Below are positions 60,757-64,000 of a stretch of 64,000 nucleotides of DNA, one piece after another. A model generated the notes under the pieces. It saw nothing but the letters and a program-made list of their open reading frames with translations. It searched no databases and was not told the origin of the DNA. The stretch covers positions 215 through 64,214 of the forward strand of contig CAJXYE010000021.1 in the NCBI GenBank assembly GCA_913063325.1, written 5' to 3'. The position numbers and the translations under genes were made by a program. The stretch's first letter is position 1, and the number at the start of each line of letters is the position of its first letter. Origin of the DNA: an uncultured Colwellia sp. Its GTDB lineage: Bacteria; Pseudomonadota; Gammaproteobacteria; Enterobacterales; Alteromonadaceae.

Positions 60757-63700
60757 TTAAAAGAAATAAGTCATCGACAAACGATAGTTTGCCCCTAGTG
60801 CATTAGCGTTAAGAGAATCATAACCACGACTTGATGAGTAAGCCGTTGGTGGTTCTTCGTCTAATAAGTTATTAACCGTAAAGTTAACATTCATATTTTC
60901 AAAATCATAACCAACGTTAGCACGAAGTGTTAACCAAGAATCAACATCTCTTTCGTCACTTTCATCAAGTAAACCTTTATCAAACATTTCGTCAATTTCT
61001 CTGCCCTTAAGGCCAGAAATGTCATCTTGATAGCCATCAGTATATTCAGCCGTTAAACTGGTATAGAAAGAATCTGCTGACCAACTTACTTTAAAATTAG
61101 CAATAGTTTCAGGGTACGTATACGTGCCTATAAGCGCTTCAACCTCGTTAGAGCCAGGTTTATTACGTTCAAATTCAAGGTAATGGGTACCATTAAGGCT
61201 AAAGCCTAGTGTTCCTGCTGAGAAGTCAACTTTATGATCAAAATCAAAGTCGATGCCTGACACCGTTTGTTTACCGGTATTTTCTAATTTAATCACATGA
61301 TCACGATAAAGTGGTAAACCGTCATCCCCTCGATTAAACGCAGAATATGCCGTTAATATTTCGTCAAGGTTAGCGCCATCTTCATTAATCAATCGTCCAC
61401 TGGCATCTTCAAAAGTCACAAAATTGTCATCTTGATCGTAATCGCCATTACAAAGAACAGCATCATACGAAATACCTTCTTCGCCTACAGGCACCACGCC
61501 ACAATGACGTAAGCTAACATCTGCCTCAGCACGCGCTAAAACTGCAGTCATATCGGTATCAACTAGGTCTTCATGCTCAAACGACCAATAATCGATGGTT
61601 AAATTGGTATTTTGTGTTGGGCTAAATGCAATACCCACACTGATTGCTTCCGAGTTTTCAGCTTTTAAATTAGGATTACCTAGCTCTAACGTATTAGGAC
61701 TACTTTCAAACGTTTCACCACCACAATATAATTGAGAAACTCGTGCATTTGCACCACAATCATAAGTCGAGGTAGTCGTACGTAACTTAGTACCCGCTTG
61801 AGTTAACGATGGTGCACGGAATGATGTAGACCATGAGGCACGTAAGGCAATTGAATCAATGGGGCGGTAGGTAATACCTACTTTAGGGTTGAAGGTATCA
61901 CCAAAATCGTCATAATTATCATAACGACCAGCTAATTGTACTTCAACCTTATCACCAACTGGCACATAAAATTCAGCAAATGCACCATATTGAGTCCGGT
62001 CAGCTTCAGATAAGCTTGAGCCAAAACCAAAAACATCGACTAAATATTGATTTTCAGCTCGTGCTCTAGCGTTAAGAGAAGGAACATCGGTTATTTCTTC
62101 TTTACGTGCTTCAACACCAAAAGCCGCGCTTACAATGTTGTCACCAAATTCAAATAATTCACCTGAGATACGTGCGTCCCAAGCATAAACCGTACTTTCA
62201 CCATCACGGGTTGGTTTTTCTTGTGCTAAGGCTAATAAGGCATCGTTATCAGCATTACCTGCCAAGAAGGGGTTGTACATGCCCGCTACTAATGAAGAGG
62301 CACCACAAGATAATGCATCGTTATCAAAGTCATAATCAGCAACTGAACCATCACTACATAATTCGCCGTTAACAACTGCCGTATATTTATAACGGTTATA
62401 AATACCTGATATACCTTCTTGTTTTGACTCTGATTTAGAAAGGGTAATACCCGTCTCCCATTCCCAATCACCAATATCACCTGACAAACTTGACACTAAA
62501 CGCACAGCTTGTGTTTCTACTTCAATAGTTCTCGGTGTTGCAAAGCGACCATCGTATCTAAAACCATATCGGTATTGACCCGCTGGATCATAAGTCCCTG
62601 TATCATTGTCATAATCACCAAGCTGTGTATCATATCGTGAAAAATAAACATCATCAGTAAAATCAAAACCATAAAGGTTTAATAACGCTTCTTCGGGTGC
62701 CCAAGCTCCATCCATATCATCAAGTTGATTGATAGGTGCAGGGCTAGAATTTGCCGTCGACTTGCTTTGAGAGTAGAACAAGTCTGTACTCCATACTAAA
62801 TCACCTATCTCTCGGTTAAAGATAAAACCAGCAGAGCTTGTTTCTAAATTGCTATTTAGCTGGGCATCTTCGTTACTATAATAAGCACAGATATCTTCGC
62901 CATACTCTGTTGTTACTAGGTCTGTTTTACAATCTGGATTGGCAATTTCTAAATAGTTGCCATCATCATCTTGTAAGTTTGATGAGTTATAATAAATGTT
63001 TGGCGTTTTTGATAAATATGAATAGGAATTTTCTAATAATGGCGATTTAGTAAAATCACGATCTTGTGCGCTAAAGGCATCACGCGAGGAGTGATCAGCA
63101 AAGACAGTTAAGTTACCACCAGCAATCTCAGTACCATAAACAAAATTTAGGTTAAACTTACTTTCATTTGATGATTCAAGGGTATCGCCGTAGGATGCAT
63201 TAAACTCAGCACCTTGATAATCTTTTTTCAAAATATAATTGATAACGCCAGCAACCGCATCTGCACCATAAATTGCGGAAGCGCCTGTGGCTAACACTTC
63301 AATACGTTCAATTGCAGCTAGCGGAATACCATTAATATCAACAAAATTCTCTGTACCTGATGCAAATGAGCTAGCCGCAACACGACGTCCATTGATCAAT
63401 GTTAATGTTGATGATGGGCCTAAACCACGTAATGATGCTGCAGCTTGCCCGGCAGGAGAACCCGTAGAGGTAGCGCCACTTTCACTGGTTGAAAAAGAAC
63501 CGTCACCACCGCGAGTTTGACTCAGTTGCGCCATTAATTCTGAAATATTGCTAGCGCCTGAATTTCTTATATCTTTAGCGTTAATGACTACAAGAGGCTG
63601 AGTACCCTCAAGATCAACACCTTTAATTCGGCTACCAGTAACGACAATTTTTTCAACTTCTTTTTCTGCAATGGCATCTTGCTCAGAAGCATTTACATAA

Positions 63701-63762
63701 ATTGGCGACAAAAAAGTACTACAAACGGCCATGGCTAGGCACGAAGGCTTAAAAACTTTCAT
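60757..63762 (-). CDS. TonB-dependent receptor heading the iadA locus
   Basis: EKIVVTGSRI, LRGLG..STLTLINGRR, GASAIYGADAVAGVIN, FRAPSL, GNPNL, C-terminal YFF. Confidence 0.94.
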   Translation of the reverse strand: MKVFKPSCLAMAVCSTFLSPIYVNASEQDAIAEKEVEKIVVTGSRIKGVDLEGTQPLVVINAKDIRNSGASNISELMAQLSQTRGGDGSFSTSESGATSTGSPAGQAAASLRGLGPSSTLTLINGRRVAASSFASGTENFVDINGIPLAAIERIEVLATGASAIYGADAVAGVINYILKKDYQGAEFNASYGDTLESSNESKFNLNFVYGTEIAGGNLTVFADHSSRDAFSAQDRDFTKSPLLENSYSYLSKTPNIYYNSSNLQDDDGNYLEIANPDCKTDLVTTEYGEDICAYYSNEDAQLNSNLETSSAGFIFNREIGDLVWSTDLFYSQSKSTANSSPAPINQLDDMDGAWAPEEALLNLYGFDFTDDVYFSRYDTQLGDYDNDTGTYDPAGQYRYGFRYDGRFATPRTIEVETQAVRLVSSLSGDIGDWEWETGITLSKSESKQEGISGIYNRYKYTAVVNGELCSDGSVADYDFDNDALSCGASSLVAGMYNPFLAGNADNDALLALAQEKPTRDGESTVYAWDARISGELFEFGDNIVSAAFGVEARKEEITDVPSLNARARAENQYLVDVFGFGSSLSEADRTQYGAFAEFYVPVGDKVEVQLAGRYDNYDDFGDTFNPKVGITYRPIDSIALRASWSTSFRAPSLTQAGTKLRTTTSTYDCGANARVSQLYCGGETFESSPNTLELGNPNLKAENSEAISVGIAFSPTQNTNLTIDYWSFEHEDLVDTDMTAVLARAEADVSLRHCGVVPVGEEGISYDAVLCNGDYDQDDNFVTFEDASGRLINEDGANLDEILTAYSAFNRGDDGLPLYRDHVIKLENTGKQTVSGIDFDFDHKVDFSAGTLGFSLNGTHYLEFERNKPGSNEVEALIGTYTYPETIANFKVSWSADSFYTSLTAEYTDGYQDDISGLKGREIDEMFDKGLLDESDERDVDSWLTLRANVGYDFENMNVNFTVNNLLDEEPPTAYSSSRGYDSLNANALGANYRLSMTYFF

Positions 63763-64000
63763 ATTTTAACTCTCTGAATTTTTTAGTATAAATTTAATGC
63801 AAAGCAGCAAAGTCACTCAAAAAAAGTGTACAAGTGTGCTGATGCAAAGATTTATTTTTTATTTTAATTTGAGTTTTTGGATGAGTAGAAAACGAGATCT
63901 AAACTCCGGAAAACAAAGGGATTGTTTTCTAGTGTTTACTCGTCAAACCACTCTGAAAGGTAGTAATTTGAATAAGAATATGTTGTAAGTGCGAATGCTT

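Noticed and set aside
2335-63520. Many short ORFs in the track overlapping real genes (e.g. 2335, 4020, 7986, 21416, 36345, 60096, 63287)
   Set aside because: Antisense or alternate-frame shadows of well-supported CDSs with no motifs of their own.
63765-64000. ARG boxes upstream of the iadA-locus TBDR, and the 63797 ORF
   Set aside because: The best candidate I found deviates from TGMAT-W4-ATKCA at three positions in very AT-rich DNA; the ORF has no support.

Overview
AT-rich marine gammaproteobacterial chromosome segment; gene content suggests Colwellia/Thalassotalea-like Alteromonadales (inference). It has five blocks. (1) 1-2.7 kb: integron-type gene cassettes (secreted alpha/beta hydrolase; yciI/hxlR pair). 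Their attC site is split by a complete IS3-family element carrying a nonsense mutation. (2) An ABC-F ATPase behind a structured leader with a 3-codon uORF. (3) 5-39 kb: a large alginate utilisation locus with PL6, two PL17, three PL7, kdgF, an MFS permease, kdgK, eda, fbaA, pgl, a GntR regulator with many operator-like sites, two TonB-dependent receptors, a VCBS lipoprotein with a duplicated unassigned domain, and a beta-hydroxyacid-type reductase as candidate DEH reductase. (4) 40.9-49.5 kb: a CotH kinase lipoprotein / VTC polyphosphate-polymerase-domain / DUF4956 / phosphate-porin operon linked to an EF-hand protein and a BaeSR-like two-component system through a shared 17-bp promoter box. 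(5) 53-64 kb: a putative cyanophycin dipeptide (beta-Asp-Arg) uptake locus (TBDR, yfcC-like, iadA, TBDR, TPR-sulfotransferase, ArgR paralog). The junctions between blocks (about 4.8-5.0, 40.5-40.7 and 52.3-52.8 kb) carry a recurring family of ~30-bp palindromic sites that look like recombination sites. Two operons of the alginate locus end in a shared ~55-nt element that may be a pair of paralogous sRNAs. No rRNA, tRNA or CRISPR array was recognised. All family calls come from motif recognition by eye, not from database searches.
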